Positions 29,910 through 38,767 of a stretch of 64,000 bases of DNA are shown one piece after another; the stretch's first letter is position 1; each line of letters begins with the position of its first letter. Location of the stretch: contig JAPPFK010000055.1 in NCBI GenBank assembly GCA_028823885.1, forward strand, positions 6,971 through 70,970. Direction: 5' to 3'. Under the pieces are notes generated by a model. That model made no database searches, was not told the origin of the DNA, and saw only the letters and a program-made list of their open reading frames with translations. The translations under genes and the position numbers were made by a program. This stretch comes from Rhodospirillales bacterium (GTDB taxonomy: Bacteria; Pseudomonadota; Alphaproteobacteria; Rhodospirillales; UBA2165).

Positions 29910-30107
29910 ATGGTTTGGGGCGAAGACTACAGCGTCGGCGACACGCGGTTCGACGACGGCCACAAGATCATCATGGAGCTGATCGGCGTATGCCGCGACA
30001 CCGACAAGCGCGACGAGATGGAGACCCGGCTCCGCGAGCTCCATGAACGGCACAGTGGCGGAGATACAGGGGTTGCCGCCGACATGATCGTATTCCTGAA
30101 CGATTGA
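29910..30107 (+). CDS. hemerythrin-like N-terminal fragment (65 aa, possibly truncated)
   Basis: MVWGEDYSVGDTRFDDGHKIIMELI matches the bacteriohemerythrin start W-x-D-x-YSVG-x3-D-x2-H-x2-L. It is only about half the normal length. GGGGAG SD upstream. Confidence 0.35.
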   Translation: MVWGEDYSVGDTRFDDGHKIIMELIGVCRDTDKRDEMETRLRELHERHSGGDTGVAADMIVFLND

Positions 30108-30224
30108 CGGCGTTGGCACGGTCTCGAGAATGATTCGGAATATGCCCGCCGCGCCGGGGAACCGGGCGTCATGCAGCGGTGCGGATTTTGTCGGGGTGCC
30201 GTCCGGTACCGGACCGCGGGCGGC

Positions 30225-30258
30225 AAAAAGGCCGGCCCTTTGGGGGCCGGCCGTTTTA
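30225..30258. terminator. bidirectional rho-independent terminator
   Basis: AAAAA-GGCCGGCCC-TTTG-GGGGCCGGCC-GTTTTA. On the minus strand the stem is followed by CTTTTTG, directly after the small gene ending at 30300. Confidence 0.6.
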
Positions 30259-30299
30259 GTGCGAACTCGGAGCCTCAAGAGCTCGGGCGGTTTGCCTCG

Positions 30300-30470
30300 T
30301 TAGATGGCGATCGCCGCCTGGCGCCACGCCGAGGTACCCTTGCAGTCAGGACATACCCGCTCACCAATATGGTGCGACGTGAAATCCTTCGAACACATCA
30401 AGCACTTGCGCTTCTTGATGTTCTGGTTGTCAGCCTGAGGCTTTTTGTTCATCTCGCTGCGAGACGACAT
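30300..30470 (-). CDS. small zinc-ribbon protein (56 aa)
   Basis: MSSRSEMNKKPQADNQNIKKRKCLMCSKDFTSHHIGERVCPDCK has a CxxC...CxxC pattern. Perfect AGGAGG SD 6 nt upstream. A terminator follows. Confidence 0.6.
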   Translation of the reverse strand: MSSRSEMNKKPQADNQNIKKRKCLMCSKDFTSHHIGERVCPDCKGTSAWRQAAIAI

Positions 30471-30836
30471 GGTATCCTCCTGGGTGCTCTTTCCAGTCCG
30501 CAAAGTCACTCGTACCCGGCCCGATGACCGGGGCCACACGCAACCGCGCAGATTGGATTGTCTGTCCGAAGGGCGCGCCAATTGGGAATCCAGGAACGCG
30601 CCCGTTACAGGGGACAAGTATATAACGACACCCCGGCGAAATAGCTATGCATTTTTTGCATGACTGATATGCGGGACGTCAACGAACAATCATCTCAATC
30701 CTAAATGGTTCACAAATCATCAACCGCAAGGGCCCGTTCACCGGTCATTGCCCCGATATTCCGGGATTTATCCACAAGCGGACCACCCAACAACCGGCCG
30801 CCGCGAATTTTGCGCCGCCGCCCGTTTTTCGCGCGA

Positions 30837-31658
30837 CTACTCCCCCGGCTGCGGGCTTGCCTCTTGTGCCGCGGCGGTTTTTGCGGCCGCCGGCGCGCCC
30901 GGCATAGGGGCTTCGGAGACGTCGTCGGGCTGGTTTTTGAACTTCCCGTGCTTCTTGTAATAGGCGTCGGTCTTCACATGCTTGGAGACCACGAACGGCG
31001 CGCCCTTGACGAAGTCATAGAGGGCGACGATGCCGCCGGTCCACATGGTGCGGATCATGTGCATCTTGGCGCGCGACGCGCGAAGCTCGAACAGGTCCGC
31101 GTTTTCGTGGGTGTGATAGGTCTCCCGGTCGTTCAGCACCTCGCGCACCTTCTCGGGCGTCGCCCAGTTGCAGCGGTAGTGAATGGTGCCGTCGGGCCGG
31201 ATCACGTAGAGCACGTTGGGCATGGCGCCGTAGCCGCGGTGGAAATCACCGGCCAGGTTGTCGACCAAAACCCGGCGGTGCTCGCCGTAGCGGGGCGTCA
31301 CCAGCTTGGCCGCCGCCATCTTCTCGTCCATGGTTTCATGGGGGCCCAGGCGCTCGCCGGGATGGGCCTCGCGGACATAGATCAGCAGGAAAGTGACATC
31401 CGGGTACTCGCCGGTGATGTCCTTCATGGTCGGGATATTCTTGGTGTACATGGAGCAGGTGGACGACCCGGTCTCCAGCACCACCCACCTTCCCTCGAAA
31501 TCGGAAAGTCTGACCTCGTTGCCGGTCTCGAGTTCGGTGAAGGTGTGATCGACGAACCGCTCACCGGCCCGCGGGCCGATGAACATGTCGAAATTGTAGT
31601 CGTTGGGCTTAAACCGCTTGTTGTTGTAGACGGGGCCTTTTGGTTGCTCGCTCATCAC
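30837..31658 (-). CDS. thioredoxin-fold protein, iodothyronine-deiodinase-like / peroxiredoxin-like
   Basis: VVLETGSSTCSMY active-site-like segment and IYVREAHPGE motif, as in T4-deiodinase-like proteins, with Cys in place of Sec. Lys/Pro/Ala-rich C-terminal tail. Confidence 0.65.
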   Translation of the reverse strand: MMSEQPKGPVYNNKRFKPNDYNFDMFIGPRAGERFVDHTFTELETGNEVRLSDFEGRWVVLETGSSTCSMYTKNIPTMKDITGEYPDVTFLLIYVREAHPGERLGPHETMDEKMAAAKLVTPRYGEHRRVLVDNLAGDFHRGYGAMPNVLYVIRPDGTIHYRCNWATPEKVREVLNDRETYHTHENADLFELRASRAKMHMIRTMWTGGIVALYDFVKGAPFVVSKHVKTDAYYKKHGKFKNQPDDVSEAPMPGAPAAAKTAAAQEASPQPGE

Positions 31659-31829
31659 ACATCCTCGTTCAAATTCCCTGTGTCGGTCGCCGAGAGGGCC
31701 TCAAACGCCCTTTCACGCCGCCAAGGGCAGGGAATCTAGCCCCAAAGCCGAAACCGTTCAACAGAACCAAAAGGTGCGTGGCTCGCATATTGGTATGAGC
31801 GTTCCGCGCTCGGGGGGGGTGTGAGCGGC

Positions 31830-32756
31830 TTACGCGGCGTCCGCCGTGCGGAGGCTCCGGGCAATATCGTCGGCGATGGTCTCGATGCGCCGGCGAATCC
31901 AGATATGGGCCGGATCGTTGTTGCTGCGCTCGTGCCATACCAGATAAAGGGAAATGCCGTCGCTCCTGAAGGGCAGCGGCGCCATGGCCAGATCCCGCAA
32001 CGGGCCGATGTGCATGGAAGACATTTCGGTGGCGATCAGGTCGGTCCCCTTCACGAACGAGGGAATGGCGTTGAAGTTCGAGACGGTGAGGGTCGGCTCG
32101 GGCAGTTCGGGAATATCGGCCCCGCGCAACGCCACACTGCTCCCCAGACCGCCGGCGAAGCGCACGGTTATATGGTTCGAGTTGAGATACTCGACGGACG
32201 TTTTCGGCGCCTCCCGCACACTCGCATCGTAAAAGCACATCATTGCGCCGCTGATCAGCCGGCGTTGGAAAATATCCGGCGCGTCCGGCGGGAGGGGCGT
32301 CAGAACCAGTTGGCACCGGGCGTCCCGGAGCATGGAAATACTGGGCACCCCCGACGGCATGAACTCGAGCCGGAGCCGGATTCCGTCTTCTTGAGCCTCG
32401 CGCCACAGCCGGGGAAAGATCAACTCCCGCTGGAGGTCGTTGGCCGCGACCACGAATTCCATCTCTTCGGTGCGCGGATCGAAGGGCCGCTGGTCGGTGA
32501 GACTGGAAAGGCCGTCGAGTACGCGAAGCACCGGTTCCTTCAGCGAAATCGCCGTTTCGGTCGGCGTCAGGCCCTGGCCCGAGCGGACGAAAAGCGGGTC
32601 TCTCAACACGGTGCGCAGCTTTGCGAGTGAATGGCTGACGGCCGATTGGGTCACGTTCAGCCGGACGGCCGCCTTGGAGACCGAGGATTCCTCGAGAATG
32701 ACGAGGAATGTCCTCAGAATTTTGCCATCGACCTCATCTATATGAGAAATTTTCAT
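31830..32756 (-). CDS. LysR family transcriptional regulator
   Basis: N-terminal wHTH LRTFLVILEESSVSKAAVRLNVTQSAVSHSLAKLR. Divergent from the TRAP operon. Confidence 0.9.
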   Translation of the reverse strand: MKISHIDEVDGKILRTFLVILEESSVSKAAVRLNVTQSAVSHSLAKLRTVLRDPLFVRSGQGLTPTETAISLKEPVLRVLDGLSSLTDQRPFDPRTEEMEFVVAANDLQRELIFPRLWREAQEDGIRLRLEFMPSGVPSISMLRDARCQLVLTPLPPDAPDIFQRRLISGAMMCFYDASVREAPKTSVEYLNSNHITVRFAGGLGSSVALRGADIPELPEPTLTVSNFNAIPSFVKGTDLIATEMSSMHIGPLRDLAMAPLPFRSDGISLYLVWHERSNNDPAHIWIRRRIETIADDIARSLRTADAA

Positions 32757-32853
32757 ATGGTTTATAAATTAACATGAATAGATTTAATGTCCAGGAACCA
32801 ATAGATTCCCCGGTCTCAACTTCCAGAGAAGTTTGTAGTCCGAGGAGGCTTCA

Positions 32854-33864
32854 ATGAAGCGATCACTAATTCTTGCAGGCATGGCGTTGGCCGTGTCGAC
32901 GCCGTTCGCCGCGGAGGTAAAGGCCGAAGAGCTGACCGTCGCGACCTTCATGCCGCCCCAGCATCACATCAACCGCAACCTGTTCGGCTGGTTCGGAAAG
33001 GAAATCAAGGCACGCTCCGGCGGTTCCCTGACCATGAAACTGTTTCCGGCTGGCCAGCTCGGCGCCGGACCCGTCCAGCAGTACAAGCGCGTGGTCGAGG
33101 GCGTCGCCGACATCGTCTTCGGGGTCAGCGCCTACACCGCCGCCGTGTTTCCGCGCACTATGCTGATCATCCCGCCCGGCAAGTCGAAGAATGCCAAGGA
33201 GTCGACGACCCGGATGTGGAACGTCTTCGACAAGTACATGGCCGGCGAATACAAGGCGGTCAAAAGTCTTGGCGTATTCACCGTCGCCGGCAGCCTGTGG
33301 GCGTCGACCAGGGACATGAGCACCATGGACGGGCTCAAGGGCGCCAAGCTGGTGCCGTACGCCGCCATGACCACGCCGATCATGAAGGCAATGGGGGCGG
33401 TGCCCGTACAGATGCCGGTGACCCAGATGTACACCGGTCTCTCCACCGGGACCATCGACGGCACCTACGCGTCCTACAACAACATCACGCCGCCGTGGAA
33501 CTTCTGGGACGTTTCCAAATATGTGGTCGACAATATTCCGGTGCAGTTCGCCGCGACCTTCGTCGCCATGAACAAGGAGCGCTACGCCGGCCTGTCGCCG
33601 GCCCACCGGAAGATCATCGACGAGCTTTCCGGCAAGACGCTCTCCATGGAGGGCGCGGCCACATTCGACGGGGCCGACAATCGCTCCGAGAAGATGATGC
33701 GGTCGTCGGACAAGATGAAGAAGGTGAAGTGGGTCAAGGTGTCCGATGCCGAGCGCGCCAAGATGGATGCGGCGGTCAAGAAGGGCCTCGAGAGCATCTT
33801 CGCCGACTATGAAAAGCGCGGCATCAAGAACGCCCGGGAAATCTACAACGCCTTGAACCAATAG
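32854..33864 (+). CDS. dctP: TRAP transporter substrate-binding protein (DctP family)
   Basis: Signal peptide MKRSLILAGMALAVSTPFAAEVKA. 336 aa. Followed by DctQ and DctM genes. Confidence 0.85.
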   Translation: MKRSLILAGMALAVSTPFAAEVKAEELTVATFMPPQHHINRNLFGWFGKEIKARSGGSLTMKLFPAGQLGAGPVQQYKRVVEGVADIVFGVSAYTAAVFPRTMLIIPPGKSKNAKESTTRMWNVFDKYMAGEYKAVKSLGVFTVAGSLWASTRDMSTMDGLKGAKLVPYAAMTTPIMKAMGAVPVQMPVTQMYTGLSTGTIDGTYASYNNITPPWNFWDVSKYVVDNIPVQFAATFVAMNKERYAGLSPAHRKIIDELSGKTLSMEGAATFDGADNRSEKMMRSSDKMKKVKWVKVSDAERAKMDAAVKKGLESIFADYEKRGIKNAREIYNALNQ

Positions 33865-33923
33865 CGTTGCGATGGGGCCGGGGTCTCCCAATACCCGGCT
33901 CCATCTTTTTCCGGGCATCGACT

Positions 33924-34460
33924 ATGATCGACCGACAGAAACCGCTGCCGTGGCTGGACAGGCTGGACACGATCATCGTCCGTTTCACGGTGATCGCCGG
34001 CGGCCTCGGTCTCGCCTTCATGGTCCTGCTGACGTTCTTCAACGTCATCATCATGCGGAAGATGCTCAACAACCCGATCACCGGGGCCGAGGATCTGCTG
34101 ATCCTCAATCTCGTCCTGATCGTCGCCATCGCCATCCCCTTCGGCGGCCGGGTCGGGGCGCACATCGAAATCGAGATTTTCGAATCCCGGATGTCGCCCG
34201 GATTCGCCCGCTGGTCGCTCTTCATGCTCAAGATCGTCGGGATCGTGTTGGTCGCGCTGCTGTCGTGGCGGTTGTTCGAGTCCGGCGTTTCGGCGAGCAC
34301 GTTCGGCGAGGCGACCCAGCAGCTGCTGATCTCCTACGAGCCCTACTACTACGTCATGAGCGTGCTGGTCGGGTTCTACGGGCTCATCCTGGTGACCGAC
34401 GCCGTTCAGCTGGTGGTCCGCGGCGCCATCAGCGAGATCGGCGGAATCCAGGACGAATAG
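33924..34460 (+). CDS. dctQ: TRAP transporter small permease (DctQ family)
   Basis: About 178 aa with four TM helices, located between dctP and dctM. Start taken at MIDRQKP. Confidence 0.8.
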   Translation: MIDRQKPLPWLDRLDTIIVRFTVIAGGLGLAFMVLLTFFNVIIMRKMLNNPITGAEDLLILNLVLIVAIAIPFGGRVGAHIEIEIFESRMSPGFARWSLFMLKIVGIVLVALLSWRLFESGVSASTFGEATQQLLISYEPYYYVMSVLVGFYGLILVTDAVQLVVRGAISEIGGIQDE

Positions 34461-35822
34461 ATGATCAGCATGTCGCTCATCGGCGTCGTCGGGCTGCTGG
34501 TGCTGTTCGCCCTGCTGGCGCTCAGGTTTCCGGTAGCGCTGTCGATGATTTTCGTCGGCACCGTCGGCACCATCGCCGCCACCGCCAACCGGTTCCTCGG
34601 CCTCGGCATGTCGCCCGAGCAGGCGTGGGAACGGGGCTGGAAGACCGCCATGTCGAACCTGTCCGGCGAAGCGTTCGAGGCGGCGTCCAATTTCAACCTG
34701 CTGGTCATCCCCATGTTCATCCTGATGGGCAATTTGGCCGGCGCGTCGGGCATGTCCCGGGATCTGTTTACGGCGGCCTACCGATGGATCGGCCACTACA
34801 AGGGCGGGCTCGCTTCGGCGACGATCACCGCGTGCGCCGGGTTTGCGGCGCTGTCCGGCTCGTCGCTCGCCTCCGCCGTCACCATGGGCCGGGTGGCGCT
34901 GCCCGAGATGAAACGCTTCAAATACGCGCCCGAGCTCTCGACCGGCGCGGTGGCGGCCGGCGGCACCCTCGGATTTCTGATTCCGCCGTCCGGCGGCATG
35001 ATCATCTATGCGGTCCTGACCGACCAATCCATCGGCCGCCTGTTCATGGCCGGCGTGGTCCCCGGCATCATTCTGACCCTGCTGTTCGTCGGCACCATCT
35101 GGCTTTTGGTGCGGATGAAGCCCGAGCGGGGACCGGCCGGAGAGCGGGCGAGCGCCCCGGAGCGGCGGGAGTCCTTGATCTCCGCGGTGCCGATTGTCGT
35201 GGTGGTCGGTATCACCATCGGCGGCATGTACACCGGTTTCTTCACGCCGGTGGAGGCGTCCGCCGTCGGCGCATTTCTGACGTTTATCGTCGGCGCGGCG
35301 CGCCGGTCGCTCAAGTGGTCCATGGCCCGCGAGATCATTCTTCAAACCATGAAGGCGACGGCGACCGTGTTCCTGATCATCATCGGCGCCTTCATCTTCA
35401 TCCCGTTCATGTCGCTCACCGGTCTCGCCGCCGACATGGTCACCTTCCTCACCTCGCTGCCCATCGGCGAGTTGGGCATCCTGATCGTGGTCATCCTGAT
35501 CTATATGTTCCTGGGCACGTTCCTCGAGAGCATCGCCATGCTGGTGCTGACCATACCGGTGGTGGTGGCGCTCGCGACCCAACTCGGTTGGGACCTCATA
35601 TGGTTCGGCATCATCGTCGTGATCGTTCTCGAGATGGGGATGATTTCGCCGCCGGTCGGCATCAACGTGTTCGTGGTCAAATCCATCGCCCCGGATGTTC
35701 CCATGCGGACCATCTTCAGGGGGATTTGGCCGTTCTGGTTTGCGATGGCGGTGATGATCGCGCTACTTGTCGCGTTTCCGCCCATCGCCATGTACCTGCC
35801 CGAAACCATGCTCGGGCAATAG
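34461..35822 (+). CDS. dctM: TRAP transporter large permease (DctM family)
   Basis: 453 aa polytopic protein. GGLASATITACAGFAALSGSSLASAVTMG and ISPPVGINVFV motifs. Confidence 0.9.
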   Translation: MISMSLIGVVGLLVLFALLALRFPVALSMIFVGTVGTIAATANRFLGLGMSPEQAWERGWKTAMSNLSGEAFEAASNFNLLVIPMFILMGNLAGASGMSRDLFTAAYRWIGHYKGGLASATITACAGFAALSGSSLASAVTMGRVALPEMKRFKYAPELSTGAVAAGGTLGFLIPPSGGMIIYAVLTDQSIGRLFMAGVVPGIILTLLFVGTIWLLVRMKPERGPAGERASAPERRESLISAVPIVVVVGITIGGMYTGFFTPVEASAVGAFLTFIVGAARRSLKWSMAREIILQTMKATATVFLIIIGAFIFIPFMSLTGLAADMVTFLTSLPIGELGILIVVILIYMFLGTFLESIAMLVLTIPVVVALATQLGWDLIWFGIIVVIVLEMGMISPPVGINVFVVKSIAPDVPMRTIFRGIWPFWFAMAVMIALLVAFPPIAMYLPETMLGQ

Positions 35823-35837
35823 CGGGAGGCAATTGCA

Positions 35838-36602
35838 ATGGTTGTGATCACACCGAAGGATAAATCCGTCGCCGCGCTGACCGGCATTCACCTCTACCAC
35901 GGAGACATTTCCAATTGCTCCATGCGGGTCCGGATGACCCTGGAAGAGAAGGGGCTGGATTGGGAAAGCCACCACATCGACCTGAAAAAGAAAGAGAATC
36001 TCGACGAGGGCTACTTCGCCATCAATCCCAACGGCCTGGTGCCGACGATGATCCACGAGGGCGTGGTTCATATCGAATCCAACGAGATCATCGCCTATCT
36101 GGACGAGACCTATCCCGAGCCGCCCCTCAGGCCGGCGGCCCATGCCGAGGCCATCGATACCTGGCTCGCGCGGGCGGCCGACCTCCATGTCAAGGCGGTC
36201 AAGCCCTATGTCTACGCGACGAAGATGGCGCCCAAGCTGCACAAGACGGCCGAGGAGCAGGAACTCTACGACTCGCTCCAGACCAACGAAGAGCTGATCG
36301 AGTTCCATGCCAAGCACGCGGGCGCCTCGCAGTTTTCGGCGGAAGACGTCAGGACCGCCGTCGAGCTGCTGGACGCGGCGTTCTCCGATGCCGAAGAGGT
36401 CCTGAATACGTACGATTGGCTGTCCGGAGAAAAATTCGGCTTGGCTGATATCTCCTGGTTGCCCATACATTTTGTCCTGGTGGGCTGCGGCTATGACTTC
36501 GACCGGTTCCCCAAGGTGATGGGGTGGGTCGAGGCGGCCCGGCAGCGGCGGAGCTATCAAAAGGGCATTCTCGAGTGGTGCCAGGATTTCGCAGACGTTT
36601 AA
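35838..36602 (+). CDS. glutathione S-transferase family protein
   Basis: Thioredoxin-like N-domain LYHGDISNCSMRVRMTLEEKGL...NPNGLVPTM...ESNEII, followed by a helical C-domain. Confidence 0.75.
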   Translation: MVVITPKDKSVAALTGIHLYHGDISNCSMRVRMTLEEKGLDWESHHIDLKKKENLDEGYFAINPNGLVPTMIHEGVVHIESNEIIAYLDETYPEPPLRPAAHAEAIDTWLARAADLHVKAVKPYVYATKMAPKLHKTAEEQELYDSLQTNEELIEFHAKHAGASQFSAEDVRTAVELLDAAFSDAEEVLNTYDWLSGEKFGLADISWLPIHFVLVGCGYDFDRFPKVMGWVEAARQRRSYQKGILEWCQDFADV

Positions 36603-36629
36603 ACGAACAGAGTTCAAGGAGACACTGAA

Positions 36630-37385
36630 ATGAGCAGACTGAAAGACAAGGTGGCCATCGTCACCGGCGCCGCCCAGGGGATCGGCGAGACCTACGCCAA
36701 GGCCATGGCCGCCGAAGGCGCCAAGGTGGTGGTCTCGGATATCGCGGATCCGAGCCGGGTGGCGGACGAAATCAACGCCGGCGGCGGGACGGCGATCGCC
36801 GTTTCCGCCGACGTCACCAGCGACGACAGCATCGCCGACATGGTGGCCGAGACCGACAAGCAATTCGGCCCCGTCGAGATCCTGGTCAATAACGCGGCGC
36901 TGTTCGCCGAGCTTCGCCTGACGCCGATCATGGAGATGTCCAACGAGGAGTGGGACCGGGTGATGACGGTCAACGCCCGCGGCTCGTTCCAATGCATCAA
37001 GGGCGTCGTCCCGTCGATGCTCACCAACGGGCGCGGCAAGATCATCAATATCTCGTCCGGCACCTTCTATTACGGCGGCCCCGGTTTCGCCAACTACGTG
37101 AGCTCCAAGGGCGCGATCCTCGGCCTGACACGGTCGGCGGCGCGGGAATTCGGCGACAAGAACATTTTCGTCAATTGCATCGTTCCCGGATTCACCGAGA
37201 GCGAGGGCGTCGCCAACCACCCGCAGCTTCACGTCGCCCGCGCACCCACCCTCGCGTCCCGCATCATCAAGCGCGACATGATGCCCGAGGACCTGGTCGG
37301 CACGCTGATATTCCTGGCCTCCGAGGACAGCGATTTCCTCTCCGGCCAGAGCATCAATGTGGATGGCGGCAGATACTGCCAGTAG
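36630..37385 (+). CDS. SDR family oxidoreductase
   Basis: TGAAQGIG cofactor motif, NNAA, and catalytic Y-x3-K (YVSSK). Confidence 0.9.
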   Translation: MSRLKDKVAIVTGAAQGIGETYAKAMAAEGAKVVVSDIADPSRVADEINAGGGTAIAVSADVTSDDSIADMVAETDKQFGPVEILVNNAALFAELRLTPIMEMSNEEWDRVMTVNARGSFQCIKGVVPSMLTNGRGKIINISSGTFYYGGPGFANYVSSKGAILGLTRSAAREFGDKNIFVNCIVPGFTESEGVANHPQLHVARAPTLASRIIKRDMMPEDLVGTLIFLASEDSDFLSGQSINVDGGRYCQ

Positions 37386-37426
37386 CGCCGTCGCGGACAC
37401 TTTCCGTTTCGCGGACAGTGAGCGGG

Positions 37427-37445
37427 TTGTCCGTCATCTGGACTG
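37427..37445. promoter_or_regulatory. TTGTCC-N7-GGAC palindrome upstream of ligAB (candidate IclR-type operator)
   Basis: TTGTCCGTCATCTGGACTG. It is nested in GGGTTGTC-N13-GACAACCC and preceded by two CGCGGACA direct repeats (37392, 37410). Same core as the boxes at 55169, 55231 and 56108. Confidence 0.4.
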
Positions 37446-37545
37446 ACAACCCGGCTGGGCGTGATACTGTGCGCCGGCAATGGTCGACTGACGAGACGCG
37501 CCGGGTGTCATAAGGCGCAATTAAGGCAGAACCCAGGGCAGAACC

Positions 37546-37908
37546 ATGTTTGAAAAAGACTACGACGATATTCCGGGCACCTACGTCTATGACGGGCGGA
37601 TGGCCATGAAAGGCTACGTGCTCAACAAGATGTTCATGTCGTTCATCGACCCGGCGAACCGGGAGCGCTTCGAGGCCGACGAGTGGGCGTACATGAAGGA
37701 GTACGGCCTTTCGGACGAGCAGTGCCGGGCGGTCATGGACCGGGATCTGCTGCGCATCCTCCAACTCGGCGGCAATGTCTATTACGTCTGGAAAATCGCC
37801 GCCATCGCCAAATGGAACATGCGGATGGTGTGCGCCAATCAGGCGGGCATGGAGTACGAGGATTTCCTCGAAAACCGTCTCGGCCTGGAACCGGCGGGAG
37901 ACGGATAA
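37546..37908 (+). CDS. ligA: protocatechuate 4,5-dioxygenase-type alpha subunit (LigA family)
   Basis: 120 aa. KGYVLNKMFMSFIDPANRERFEADEWAYM...LGGNVYYVWKIAAI matches the LigA domain. Confidence 0.8.
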   Translation: MFEKDYDDIPGTYVYDGRMAMKGYVLNKMFMSFIDPANRERFEADEWAYMKEYGLSDEQCRAVMDRDLLRILQLGGNVYYVWKIAAIAKWNMRMVCANQAGMEYEDFLENRLGLEPAGDG

Positions 37909-38747
37909 TGGCGCAAATGATCGGCGGCGTCGGTGTGTCGCACATTCCGGCCCTGGTGCCATACCAGGATCAGGGCCGGGAAAACGAGGGCGAGTATGCG
38001 CCGTTTTTCGAAGGTGCCCAGCCGGTCCGCGACTGGGTCCGGGAGAACCGGCCGGATACGGCGATCGTCATCTACAACGATCACGGCTTGAGCTTCTTCC
38101 TGGACGCCATGCCGACCTTCGCGCTCGGCGCGGCGCCCGGTTACGTGTGCGGGGACGAAGGCTGGGGCGCCCGGCCGCTGCCCCCGGTGCCGGGTCACCA
38201 GGATCTGTCCTGGCATATCATCGATACGCTGATCGAGGATGAGTTCGATCCCGCTATCTGCCAGGAGCTGGAACTCGACCACGGCGCATCCATGCCCATC
38301 CGCCTGTTGTGGAAGCCGGAGCCCGACTGGGACATCAAGATCGTGCCGGTGGCGGTCAACGTCATCCAGCATCCGATCCCCAAGGCCAAGCGCTGCCACG
38401 ATCTCGGCAAGGCCATCCGCCGCGCCGTTGACAGCTTTCCCGGCGACGAGAAGGTGATGATGCTGGGCACCGGCGGCCTGTCCCACCAACTCAGCGGCGA
38501 GCGCGCCGGGTTCAACAATCCGGAATTCGACCAATCCTTCATGGATCGCCTCGCCAACGATCCCGAGGCCCTGACCCGGCTCAGCTCCGGGGACATCATG
38601 CGCGAAGCGGGCGCCGAGGGCGTCGAGGTGGTCATGTGGCTGACCATGCGCGGCGCCCTGGACGAAAACGTGAACGAGCTCTATCGGAACTACTATTCCC
38701 CGGTGTCGGTGACCGCCTCCGGTCTCCAACTGCTCGTCAACGCCTGA
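37908..38747 (+). CDS. ligB: class III extradiol dioxygenase beta subunit (LigB family)
   Basis: MAQMIGGVGVSHIPAL...VIYNDHGLSFFLD...GTGGLSHQL. TAATG overlap with ligA. Confidence 0.85.
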   Translation: MAQMIGGVGVSHIPALVPYQDQGRENEGEYAPFFEGAQPVRDWVRENRPDTAIVIYNDHGLSFFLDAMPTFALGAAPGYVCGDEGWGARPLPPVPGHQDLSWHIIDTLIEDEFDPAICQELELDHGASMPIRLLWKPEPDWDIKIVPVAVNVIQHPIPKAKRCHDLGKAIRRAVDSFPGDEKVMMLGTGGLSHQLSGERAGFNNPEFDQSFMDRLANDPEALTRLSSGDIMREAGAEGVEVVMWLTMRGALDENVNELYRNYYSPVSVTASGLQLLVNA

Positions 38748-38767
38748 ACCGACCGGACATCAGACCC

